64,000 nt of DNA from Chiloscyllium plagiosum (taxonomy: Eukaryota): contig NC_057719.1 of NCBI RefSeq assembly GCF_004010195.1, positions 57,268,246 to 57,332,245 of the forward strand. The letters are read 5' to 3'. Positions 12,786 through 24,319 of the stretch are shown here, piece by piece. The position numbers and the translations under genes are program-made. A model generated the notes under the pieces. It saw nothing but the letters and a program-made list of their open reading frames with translations, searched no databases and was not told where the DNA came from. Position 1 is the stretch's first letter, and the number at the start of each line of letters is the position of its first letter.

Positions 12786-12911
12786 CTTCCTGAATCCATC
12801 TGTTTTTCTACTCTTTTATCCATCTATCTGACCATCCATCCAGTGATCCTTTTAAATAGTGCTGATGAGATAATTCCTGAAATTGAATACATTCAGTGTA
12901 AGGTCCAATAT

Positions 12912-13765
12912 AAAGTTGGTGGAGTTGTGGACAGTGAAAAAGGATGTTACAGAGGGACATTGATAAGCTGCAGAGTTGGGCTGAGAGGTGGAAAATGTAG
13001 CATAATGCAGAAAAGTGTGAGGTGATTTACTTCAGAAGGAGTGACAGGAATGCAGAGTACTGGGCTAATGGTAAGATTCTTGATAGTGTGGATGAGCAGA
13101 GAGATCTCGATGTCCAGGTGCATAGATCCCTGAAAGTTGCCACTCACATTGATAAAGTTGTTAAGAAGGTATATAAAGTGTTAGCTTTTATTGGTAGAGG
13201 GATTGAGTTTCAGAGCATGAGGTCATTTTGCAGCTGTACAAAACTCTAGTACGGCCAAACTTGGAGTATTGCGTACAGTTCTGGTCACCGCATTATAGGA
13301 AGGATGTGGAAGCTTTGGAAAGGGCGCAGAGGAGATTTACCAGGAAGTCACCAGGTATGGATGGAAGGTCTTATAGGAAAGGCTGAGGGACTTGAGCCTG
13401 TTTTCATTAGAGAGAAGAGGGTTGAGAGGTGATTTAATAGAGACATACAAAATGATCAGACGATTAGATAGGATGTACAGTGAGAGCTTGGTCCCTGGGA
13501 TGGTGATGGCTAGCACGAGGGACATAGCTTTAACTTGAGGGGTGATAGATATAGGACAAATGTCAGAGGTAGGTTCTTTACTCAGAATAGTAAGGGTGTG
13601 GCATGCCCTGCCTGCAATAGTAGTAGACTCACCAATATTACGGGCATTTAAATGGTCATTGGATAAACATGTGGATGATAATAGAATAGTTTAGGATAGA
13701 TAGATTTCAGATTGGTTCCATAGGTCTGTGCTGTAGCGTTCTATGTTCTATGTGCTATGTTCTGC
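12912..13765 (+). mobile_element. CR1 (HER1-like) LINE 3' fragment
   Basis: KVGGVVDSE, EQRDLDVQVHRSLKVA and EYCVQFWSP motifs; (TTCTATG)n tail. Confidence 0.92.
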
Positions 13766-14125
13766 TACTGATGCATGTTTAACTGTTTAAGACTGAGATG
13801 AGGAGAAATTACTTCCTTCAAAGAAATGTGAATCTTTGGAATCATCTACCAAGGTGATTGTAGATCTGCCTTTGCTGGATACTTTTAAGTCTGACTTTTA
13901 AGTCTGACCGATTTTGTCTCAGGGAATCAAGGATTTGTGGAATGGGTAGGAAACGATGCAATGCCGAATGGTGAACCATGAGATGCTTGGTTTGTAAGAA
14001 GTGACACCGTTTAGTAACCACCACTTTTTTGAAAAGCAAGCATCTTTGACACTGCTCCTGGTGGAGTTGGTGATAGAACCGCTCCCTAAAGACCCTCAGT
14101 AGTTATTTCCTTCTGTTGAATGCTC

Positions 14126-15549
14126 TAGAACATAGAACATAGAACAATACAGCACAGAACAGGCCCTTCGGCCCACGATGTTGTGCCGAAAATTTGTCCT
14201 AGCTTAAGCACCCATCCATGTACCTATCCAATTGCCGCTTAAAGGTCACCAAAGATTCTGATTCTACCACTCCCACAGGCAGCGCATTCCATGCCCACAC
14301 CACTCTCTGGGTAAAGAACCCACCCCTAACATCTCCCCGATACCTTCCACCCTTCACGTTAAATTTATGTCCCCTTGTAACACTCTGTTGTACCAGGGGA
14401 AAAAGTCTCTGACTGTCTACTCTATCTATTCCTCTGATCATCTTATAAACCTCTATCAAATCACCCCTCATCCTTCGCCGTTCCAACGAGAAAAGGCCGA
14501 GAACTCTCAACCTATCCTCGTACGACCTATTCTCCATTCCAGGCAACATCCTGGTAAATCTTCTCTGAACCCTCTCCAAAGCTTCCACATCTTTCCTAAA
14601 ATGAGGCGACCAGAACTGCACACAGTACTCCAAATGTGACCTAACCAAAGTCCTGTACAACTGCAACATCACTTCACGACTTTTGAATTCAATCCCTCTG
14701 CTAATGAACGATAATACTCCATAGGCCTTCTTACAAACTCTATCCACCTGAGTGGCAACCTTCAAAGATCTATGTACATAGACCCCAAGATCCCTCTGTT
14801 CCTCCACCTGACTAAGAACCCTACCATTAACCCTGAATTCCGCATTCTTATTTGTTCTTCCAAAATGGACAACCTCACACTTGGCAGGGTTGAACTCCAT
14901 CTGCCACTCCTCAGCCCAGCTCTGCATCATATCTAAGTCCCTCTGCAGCCGACAACAGCCCTCCTCACTGTCCACAACTCCACCTATCTTCGTATCATCT
15001 GCAAATTTACTGACCCACCCTTCGACTCCCTCATCTAAGTCATTAATAAAAATTACAAACAGCAGAGGACCCAGAACTGATCCCTGCGGAACTCCACATG
15101 TAACTGGGCTCCAGGCTGAGTCGTGCTGGCTGTCCCTAATCGAGCAGTGTCTTTCCAGATACTCATAAATTCTATCCCTCAGTACCCTTTCCATTACTTT
15201 GCCTCCCACCGAAGTAAGACTAACTGGCCTGTAATTCCCGGGGTTATCCCTATTCCTTTTTTTGAACAGGGGCACAACATTCGCTACTCTCCAGTCCCCT
15301 GGTACCACCCCCGTTGCCAGTGAAGACGAGAAGATCATTGCCAACGGTACTGCAATTTCCTCTCTTGCTTCCCACATAATCCTAGGATATATCCCATCAG
15401 GCCCGGGGGACTTGTCTATCCTCACGTTGTTCAAAATGTCCAACACATCTTCCTTCCTAACATGTATCTCCTCTAGCTTACCAGTCCGTTTCACACTCTC
15501 CTCTTCAACAATACGGTTCCTCTCGTTCGTAAATACTGAAGAAAAGTAC
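14126..15549 (-). mobile_element. Young 5'-truncated CR1 LINE; stop-free 431-aa ORF2 fragment with an internal deletion
   Basis: ORF 14199-15494 contains KSPGPDGI, NYRPVSLTS, GVPQGSVLGPLLF and FADDTKIGG; (TTCTATG)n tail at about 14126-14146. Confidence 0.95.
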
Positions 15550-15650
15550 CGTTCTATCCAATTGGCACAGCCAGTATCTCCTCCTCCTCCTCAATGCACT
15601 GCTTCTCCTCTTTGCTGCCTGTGCAGAGCCTGAGCGGTGCTACAACTTGA

Positions 15651-16020
15651 GGGAAGTGATGGCCTAGTGGTATTATTACTAGATTGTTAATCCAGAGACC
15701 AAGGTATGTTCTGGGGTTCCTATTTGGATCCTGCCATGGCAGACAGTAGAATTTGAATTCAATAAAAATCTAGAGTTAAGAGTCTAATGATGATCACGAT
15801 GTCAGGTAAAAACCCATCTGGTTTACTAATGTCCTTTAGGGAAGGAATCTGCCTTCAGGATTTGAACCAGGAATCCCAGAACATTACCTGGTCTGCCCTA
15901 CACGTAACTCCAAGCCGAGAAGCAATGTTGTTGATTCTTACCTGCATTCTGGACAATTAGGGATAACCAATAAATACTGGCCTAGCCAGTGATGCCCAAA
16001 TCTTGTGAATGAATAAAAAA
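15651..16020 (+). mobile_element. tRNA-headed SINE sharing both ends with the LINE family at 20300-24320 and 38775-42670
   Basis: A-box TGGCCTAGTGG (15660-15670), AAAAACCCATCTGGTTTACTAATGTCCTTTAGGGAAGG body, and tail GGCCTAGCCAGTGATGCCCAAATCTTGTGAATGAATAAAAAA. Confidence 0.8.
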
Positions 16021-16403
16021 GACTATAGTTCCCAAGGCTGAAGCATACTTTTTCCTGACACATCAAACACTTCTCTGATTTCCCGGTCAGGATCCAATAC
16101 CTCTCCAATGAAAATCCACAAAGTTAGCAATATTCTCCTAATATCAGAACAAAGAATGTGTGGTCGTTTCTGAGGGCAAAGATGAGTTTGTTCATAGCAA
16201 GATCAGTGAATGGAGTCTTTTAATGTCAGCTGACCAGGAAACTCTCCCAATTTTACAACCTGCCCCAGGCATATTGAATATTGATAATCAGCCTGTTGGA
16301 CCATATTATGACCCACTTTCTTAAGCCATCAAGTCCTGCGCTAGGACTGGAGCCCAGAGCCGCTGGCCCAGACAAGACCTCTTGTCAGAACTCAGTACTT
16401 TTA

Positions 16404-16724
16404 AGAATTAGAATCCCTACAGTGTGGAAACAGGCCCTTCGACCCAACAAGTCCACACTGACCCTCCAAAGATTAACCCACCCAGGCCCATTCCCCTATC
16501 CTATATTTGCCTAATGCACCTAACCTACACATCCCTGAATATTATATGCAATTTAGCATAGCCAATTCACCTAACCTGCACATCTTTGGATTGTGGGAGG
16601 AAACCAGAGCACCCATGCAGACACTAGGAGAATGTGCAAACTCCATACAGACAGTTGCCCAAGCTTGGAATTGAACCCAGGTCCCTGGCGCTGTGAGGCA
16701 GCAGTATTAGCCACCATGCCGCCC
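16404..16724 (-). mobile_element. HE1-type V-SINE
   Basis: Reverse complement of the HE1 head, core and tail. Confidence 0.9.
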
Positions 16725-18039
16725 TTAACGTTTAACATTTAATGTTTCACCAGCCAGCGATTGAATGGTTAGCCCTTTAAATATTGCTAGTGGAGGTCCC
16801 CGCACATTATGAGAAGGTGTTCGTCACTCCTGGGCAATCCAAACTGGCAGATTGTGCATCAAAGCTTTAGAGTCTTCTTGATGTCACAGTTCTTCCACTC
16901 TGCAGGTATCTGACACTGACCTGGAATGTCAGCACTGATGTCTGGTCTGTCAATGTGTCCTGTGGGCTGAAGTTGGAAATATCTTAGGCAATTTTTTTAG
17001 TGATATGTCAGTGACTATATGGAGCAGCATTAAGTCTTTAATCACATCAGAGAATCTACATTCCAATCATCCCTATGATATGCCACTCAATCTTGTCTCC
17101 TGTTTAATTGATGATTTTTCTGTCCTTGAACCCATCTGCCTTTGGGAGTTAGAATTCTCAACTTAATTACTAATGTATTTTATTAAGACTGTATCTTCAA
17201 GCTCACAGCTATTTGAATACTTAAAAAAAACCAAATCATTGAAACTTGAATTAGAATTAGGTTTTATTGCCATGCGTATTTAAGTACTGAAGGACAAGAG
17301 TACAGTGGAAAGCTCCAAAGTTACCATTCTCTGGCACCATCTAAGGTACAAAAACCCAAATTTTAAAAAAACCTACCTTAGATACAAAAAGTAAAACAAC
17401 TAAGATGCAAAAACCAAAATTAAACAAAACGGAAGCAGAATTACAAAAGAAAACAAGACTAAAGGAGGAAGTATCCAGACCTAAAAGTTTTATCTCTTGC
17501 TGCCACAGGACCTCGGAACATGTTCCCGCTCCCACCGCGTGCCCTTGGAACCTGCTCCAACAGATATATAAACTTGAGCGTAGCCATGTGACTTGCAAGC
17601 AGAGAGTGCTCCTTTAAATGAGCTGGCTATTGTCCTGCAGTGAGCTGAAAGTTAAAGAAAATCACTTTCCAAGTATTATTGAACTACTCAACAACACCCT
17701 TTTAATGATGTGGTTCTGAAATAATTACAATTATAATAATAAATTTAGTGGAAGAATTACAGAAAGTAATGCCATGTTATGGTTATAAATTATGTAATTA
17801 TTGCTCTGGCACAAAATAAATTTATTTGATTAGTGATAAAGCTCAAGTTTATAATAAAACTGTTCAAACACTAGAAAGGCAGCGCAGGCTACATTGATAA
17901 ATGGAAGCCAATCTCTGAAGCAATACTTTTTTGTTGTTTCTACAAATTCAAATGCTACTTGAGAGATCCAATACTACATTAAGAGTTTGTTTTGCTCCTG
18001 CAGTTGCAAACTTACATAATGTAATTTATATTTGAAAAG

Positions 18040-18099
18040 GTCCTCATCCTGTCTTTGGCAAAGTTTACATCAGTCCAGAGTTCAGAGAAACGCAACCCA
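18040..18099 (+). CDS. Candidate host-gene exon A (phase 1-1; xPHPVFGKVYISPEFRETQP), or a 5' UTR exon
   Basis: AAG acceptor, strong donor CCA|GTAAGT, open frame compatible with exon B. A stronger acceptor at 18003 would make it non-coding. Confidence 0.5.
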
Positions 18100-19239
18100 G
18101 TAAGTGCTCAGTGTTTGCTTTGTTCAGATTTTCATAGGAAATAGGAGCACTGACCTGTTGAGGGAAGCCTGAAGCGTGGACAGCCAAGAGTTTGAAATGC
18201 AAACTGAATGCACTAGTTGTTATTGTGTTTTAGTGTTTAAAAGCAGACAGTTTTTCTTGGTCATTGCATATGAGGCTGATTTACTTTGCTCGCTGTTTTC
18301 TTTGTTACATAATAGAGTTACTTTTCGGTTATCCTTCAGCAAAATTGATGCCAAAGTTCTCATAATAGCACGCTGAACATTTCTCTGTGATTATCAGAGA
18401 AAAGCAGGCTCGCATAAAGGTTTACTGTCTGTATTAGATGAATCAGAACAGTTTCAATAACTCCACATCTTACCCACATTCACCAAAAATCTTTTTTGCT
18501 AGTTGAACAGTGGTGAAAGTATCTACAGACTTCTTTTATTGCTGCTATCAGTTGTTCAAGGTGCATTTTTATGTAGAAATTACTTGGGCTCTCTCACTTA
18601 AGGCTTTGATCTGCTTTACTATCATGTTGGCCGAGATTACACGAGACTGCAGAGTACACAAGGCTGTCTGCTCTTGACTCAAATATAAAAGAGGGCTGTT
18701 TATACTTAGCAACTGATTAGCCAACTCAGTCAATATTTGCATGATGGGAAGATATTCAGTGCTTTATGTGACACTGGTTTTAATTTAGCCAGGAAGATGG
18801 TGGTGTGTTAAACTGTCTTGTCACACAGAGCCAATCTGACAGTAGTAAGGGGGAGAAATCCCTCTTGGTCTGTTCCAGGCCCAAACTGATCAACTCACAT
18901 GGAAGAACGTTGGAGTTTGAGGACAGCATAATATTCAGCCATAAGTTTAACTAATATTATCTAAACATTCTTCCGGTGCTTGTCACAGATACAGAAACAA
19001 ACTGTTTAGCCATTTGCTTCACTGGTGGAAAAGATGGAGCAACAACAGGAAATGAGGGCTTTGCCTGCTCCTACAGGTTCCACAAGAATGACAATTGAAT
19101 TTTAAGAAAATAACTTGTTGTTGATTGCTGCATAAGTCATAATGATTAGTGAGGAATCTGAGCATAGATCCGACATTACTCTTCACTTTCGATTAAGGGG
19201 GTAAATCATATTTTGGTCTCTTTTTATTCATTCACTGAT

Positions 19240-20110
19240 ATATCCATCTGCCAATTCTTCTGTCTTCTTCACAACAAAATTTCCTAACTACTTTTGTATC
19301 ATCTGCAAACTTAGTCACCATGCTTTCAATCCTCTCAGTTAAGTCATTAATATAAATTGAAGGTGAAGATTGAAGGCCAAGCACAAACCCCACTCATCAC
19401 ACCCTATCAGTCTGAAAAAGACACATTTCTGCAAATCCTCTGTTTTCTGCCAACTAGCCAATCTTCTATTCAATCTTCTATTCTATTACTTCCCATACCA
19501 TGAACTCTAACGTGCACAATAACCTTTAATGTGAACCTTGTTATATGCCTTTTGGAAATCCAAGTACAGTTGACTGATGGACTCCCTTTATTCTCATTGT
19601 GTTACTCCTTCAAACAATTCTCATCAGTTGGCGAAACATGCTGTGCCTTTCATAAAAACGTGCTGACTCTTCCCATTTTTTGACTCTTCCCATTCCATAA
19701 CAGAGAGGTTATATTTGCCATTTTCCAAACTAATGAAACATAATGAATGTTGGAAAATTAACACTATTGTATTGACTAGCTCATTAGTTCTCTCTTGTAA
19801 GGATACCTAAGTTAAAGCCTATAAGGACCCAAAGACTTATCAACTCACAGCTCCATCAGTTTACTCAGTAAAGCTTCCCTACTGATTGTAATTTCACCAC
19901 AGTCCTCGCTTTCTGCAACCTCCTGATTAACAGGTATGATTGGGATGTTTCTGCATCCTATATAGTGAAGACAAAATCAAAATACTTGTGAAGTACATCT
20001 GCTATTTCGTTATTATCTACAATTGCCATCACATTCTTACTGTCCGGAGGACCAACACTCACTTTACATTCTCTTTTCCTTATAGAGACCAATGGAAACT
20101 CTTACTATCT
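19240..20110 (-). mobile_element. Old CR1 RT fragment
   Basis: GTATCATCTGCAAACTT (reverse complement KFADDT) and GCCTTTTGGAAATCCAAGTA (YLDFQKA). Confidence 0.75.
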
Positions 20111-20631
20111 GCCTTTACATTCCCAGTAGCTTTCTTTCGTGCTGTATTTTATCAATTGGATTACAATGGTTCAAGAAATTAGCTCTTTCAAGGGCAAATG
20201 GGAATGGGTAATAAATGCTGGCTCAGCTAACAATTCCAAATTCCATGGATGAATAAACAAAACCTTTTACCCATTCTCTACCATTCTTTTATTCTAAATA
20301 GGTACTGGCCTCATGGTATTATCACTAGACTATTAATCCAGAAACTCAGCTGATGTTCTGGGGACCCAGGTTTGAATCCCACCATGGCAGATGGTGGAAT
20401 TTGAATCCAATATAAATAAAAGAAAGAAAAATCTGGAATTAAGGATCCACTGATGATCATAAAATGACAGTTGATTGTCAGGAAAAACCCATCTGGCTCA
20501 ATAAAATCATTCAGGGTAGGAAGTCTGCAATCCTCACCTGGTCTGGCCTACATGTGATTCCAAATGGACAAAAACATAGTTAAATCTTAATTGCTCTCTG
20601 AAATGGCCTAGCAAGCCACTCAGTTACATCT

Positions 20632-21330
20632 ACTGAAAGTGGAGTCACAAATAGACAGGGCAGTGAAGAAGGCTTTTGGCACACTGGGCAGGGCATTGGG
20701 CAGGGCATTGAGTCTAGAAGTTGGGAAGTTATGTTGCAGTTGTACTGGATGTTGATGAGACCACACTTGGATTATTGTGTTCAGTTTCGGTCAGCTTGTT
20801 ACAGGAAGGATGTTATTAAACTGGAAAGAATGCAGAAGAAATTTACAAGGATGTTGCCTGGAGTCAAAGGTCCGAGTTATAAAGAGAGGTTGGACAAGCT
20901 AGGACATTTTCCTTTCGAGCGCAGGAGACTGAGGAGGGGGGGAGCCTGATAGAGTTGTATAAGATCATGAGAGGCATGATTAGAGTGAATGTACTCACTT
21001 TTTTTCCCAGGGTTGGGGAATCGAGGACTAGAGGGCATCAGTTTCAGGTTAGAGGGGAAAGAATAAAAGGGAGCCTGAGGGTCAATGTTTTTACACAGAA
21101 GGTGGTATGCATATGGAATGAGCTGCCAGCAGAAGTGGTTGAGACAGGTACGTTAACAACATTTAAAATAAATATGGACAAATACATGGATAGGAAAGGA
21201 TTAGAAGGATATGGGCCAAGTGCAGAGATGTGGTTAGTGCGGATGAACATTTTGGGCAGCATTGACTAGTTTGGGCCAAAGGACCTGTCTCCGTGCTGTA
21301 AGGTTCTCTGACTCTATGGCTCTATGCTCT
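20632..21330 (+). mobile_element. CR1 3' fragment inserted in the 5' UTR of the second LINE family
   Basis: MLQLYWMLMRPHLDYCVQF and ESRTRGHQF; CTCTATG-type tail. Confidence 0.9.
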
Positions 21331-23215
21331 AAAATCTTAACAAGAAGATGGAACCCGATGGACCACCTGGCATCAACTGAGGCACCGGAAAAGATAACAG
21401 CAGAAACAACCCTGAAAATCCACCTTACTAACATCCAAAGGCTAGTGTCAAAACTGAGAGAGCTGTTTCACAGACCAGTCAAGCAACAGGCTGACATACT
21501 CACAGAATTATACTTGACAGACAATGTCCCAGACACCACGATTGAAATCCCTGGATATGTCCTGTCCGACCGGCAGAACAGATCCGGCTGAGGTGGTGGC
21601 ACAGTAGTATATAGTCAGGAGACAGTTACCCTTAACATTGATTCTGGATCCCTCAAAGTCTCATGGCTTCAGGTTAAACATAGGCAAGGAAACCTCCTGC
21701 TGATTACCATGTGCCACCCTCCCACGGCTGATAAATTGGTACTCCTCCATATTGAACAACACTTAGGGAAAGCACTGAGAGTGGCAAGAGTGCAAAATGT
21801 ACTCTGGGTGGGGGTTTCAATGTTCACCACCAAGAGTGGCTCAGCAGCAGCATTACTGATTGAGCTGGTTGGGTCCTAAAGGACATAGCTGCTAGACTGG
21901 GTCTGCGGCAGGTGGTAAGGGAACCAACAAAAGGGAAAAACATCCTTGGCCTCATCTTTATCAATCTGCTGGCTGCAGATGCATGACATTATCAGTAAGA
22001 GTGACCATGACACAATCCTTGTGAAGAGGAAGGCCCGCCTTCACATTGCGAATATTCTCCAATGTATTGTGGGGCACCATCGCCGTGCTAAATGGGACAT
22101 ACTTCAAACAGATCTAGTAATTCTAGACTGGACATCCATGAGGTGCTGTGGGCCATCAACAGCAGCAGAATTCTACTCCAGCACACTCTGCAACCTCATG
22201 GACTAGCATATCCCCATCAACCATTACCATCAAGCCAGGGGATTGACCCTGGTTCAATGAAGTGTGTAGAAGGGCATGCCAGATATAGCACCAGGCATAC
22301 CTGAAAATGAGATGTTAACCTGGTGAAGCTACCAAACAGGAATACTTGTGTGTCAACAGTATAAGCAATAAATGACAGACAGAGCTAAGTGACCCTACAA
22401 CCAATGGATCATATCTAAACCCTGCAGTCCTGCCACATCCAATCGTGAATGGTGGTGGACAATCGAATAACTCACCGGAGGAGCAGGACTACAGATATCC
22501 CCATCCTCAACAATGGAAGAGCCAATAAATCAGTGCAAAAGCTAAGGCTGAAGCATTTTCAGCAATCTTTAGCCAGAAGTGCCAAATGGATGATCTATCT
22601 TGGTGTTTGCTAGTGTTCCCCAGCATTACAGATAGCAGTCTTCAGTCAATTCGATTCACTGCATGTGATATCAAGAAGCGATTGGAGGCACTCGATACTG
22701 CAAAGGTTATAGGCACTGACAACATCCTGGCAAAAGTATTGAAAGCTTGTGCTCCAGAACTCCGCACTCCCCAGCCAAACTGCAGTTATATCATTGACAT
22801 CTACCGACAATGTAGAAAATTGCCTAGGTATGTCCTGTACTCAAAAAAACAGGACAAATTCAACCCTGTCAATTAGCACCCCTTCAGGCTATTCTCGGTA
22901 ATTGGTAAAGTGATGGAAGGAGACATTAACAGTGCAATCCAGCAGCATCTGCTCAACAGTAACCTGCTCAATGACACCCAGTTTGGGTGCCACCAGGGCC
23001 ATTCAGCTCCTGACCTCATCACAGCCTTGGTCAAACATGGACAAAAGAGCTGAATTCCAGAGCTGAGCTGAGAGTGACAGTCCTTGACATCAAGATTATA
23101 TTCGACGATGTGTGGCATTAAGGAGATCTAGAAAACCTGGAATCAATGGCAACAGGGGGCAAACTCCTAGGAGTTATAACTGGCAACGTGTGAAGGCAGT
23201 TATTATTGGAGGTCA

Positions 23216-23741
23216 AAGCCTGCGCCCACACCTCCTCCCTCACCTCCATCCAAGGGCATAAAAGAGCCTTCTACATCCATCAAAGTTTTACTTGCACATC
23301 CACTAATATCATTTATTGTATCCGTTGCTCCCGATGTGGTCTCCTCTACATCGGGGAGACTGGGCGCCTCCTAGCAGAGCGCTTTAGGGAACATCTCCGA
23401 GACACCCGCACCAATCAACCAAACCGCCCCGTGGCCCAACATTTCAACTCCCCCTCCCACTCTGCCGAGGACATGGAGGTCCTGGGCCTCCTTCACCACT
23501 GCTCCCTCACCACCAGATGCCTCCTATCACCTTTATCTCCTCCCCCGCTGACCTATTGTACTCTATGCTACTCTCTCCCCACACCCACCCTCCTCTAGCT
23601 TATCTCTCCACGCTTCAGGCTCTCTGCCTTTATTCCTGATGAAGGGCTTTTGCCTGAAACGTCGATTTTGCCTGTCCTCGGATTTTGCCTGTCCTCGGAT
23701 GCTGCCTGAATTGCTGTGCTCTTCCAGCACCACTAATCCAG
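23216..23741 (+). mobile_element. Penelope-like element 3' part (GIY-YIG) with 14-bp TSD
   Basis: IYCIRCSRCGLLYIGETGRLLAERFREH; TSD ATTATTGGAGGTCA at 23202-23215 and 23742-23755. Confidence 0.93.
23631..23668 (+). ncRNA. Minimal hammerhead ribozyme motif of a Penelope-like element
   Basis: CTGATGA-A-GGGC-TTTT-GCCT-GAAAC-GTC. Confidence 0.7.
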
Positions 23742-24319
23742 ATTATTGGAGGTCAGTCATGTCAGCTCCATAACATCTGGAATTTCTCAGGATAGTCTCC
23801 TAGGCCTAACCATCTTCAACTATTTCGTCAATGATCTTCCCTCCATCATAAGATCAGGGTGGGAATGTTTGCCAATGATTTCACAATGTTCAGCACCATT
23901 TGGGACTCCTCAGGGACTGAAGCAGTCCATGATACGAGATCTGGACAATATTCACGCTTAGGCTTGTAAGTGGCAAGTGACATTTATGCCACACAAAAGG
24001 CAGGCAATGACCATCACCAATAAGAGACAATCTAACCACCACCTCTTGACACCATCACTGAATTCCCCCACTATCAATATTTTTGGGGATACCATTGACC
24101 AGAAACTCATCTAGCCTTGTCACATAAACACAGTGGCTACACGAGCAGGTCAGAGGCTAGGAAAAGGTAAAAACTAGGTAAAAATACTCACCTCCTGACT
24201 CCCCAAAACCTGTCCACCATCTACAAGGCACTAGTCACAAGTCAGGAGCTTGTGCTCAAGAAATTTGAACCCAACCAGGACAAACCAGCCTGCTTGATTG
24301 GCACCACATCCACTCCACT

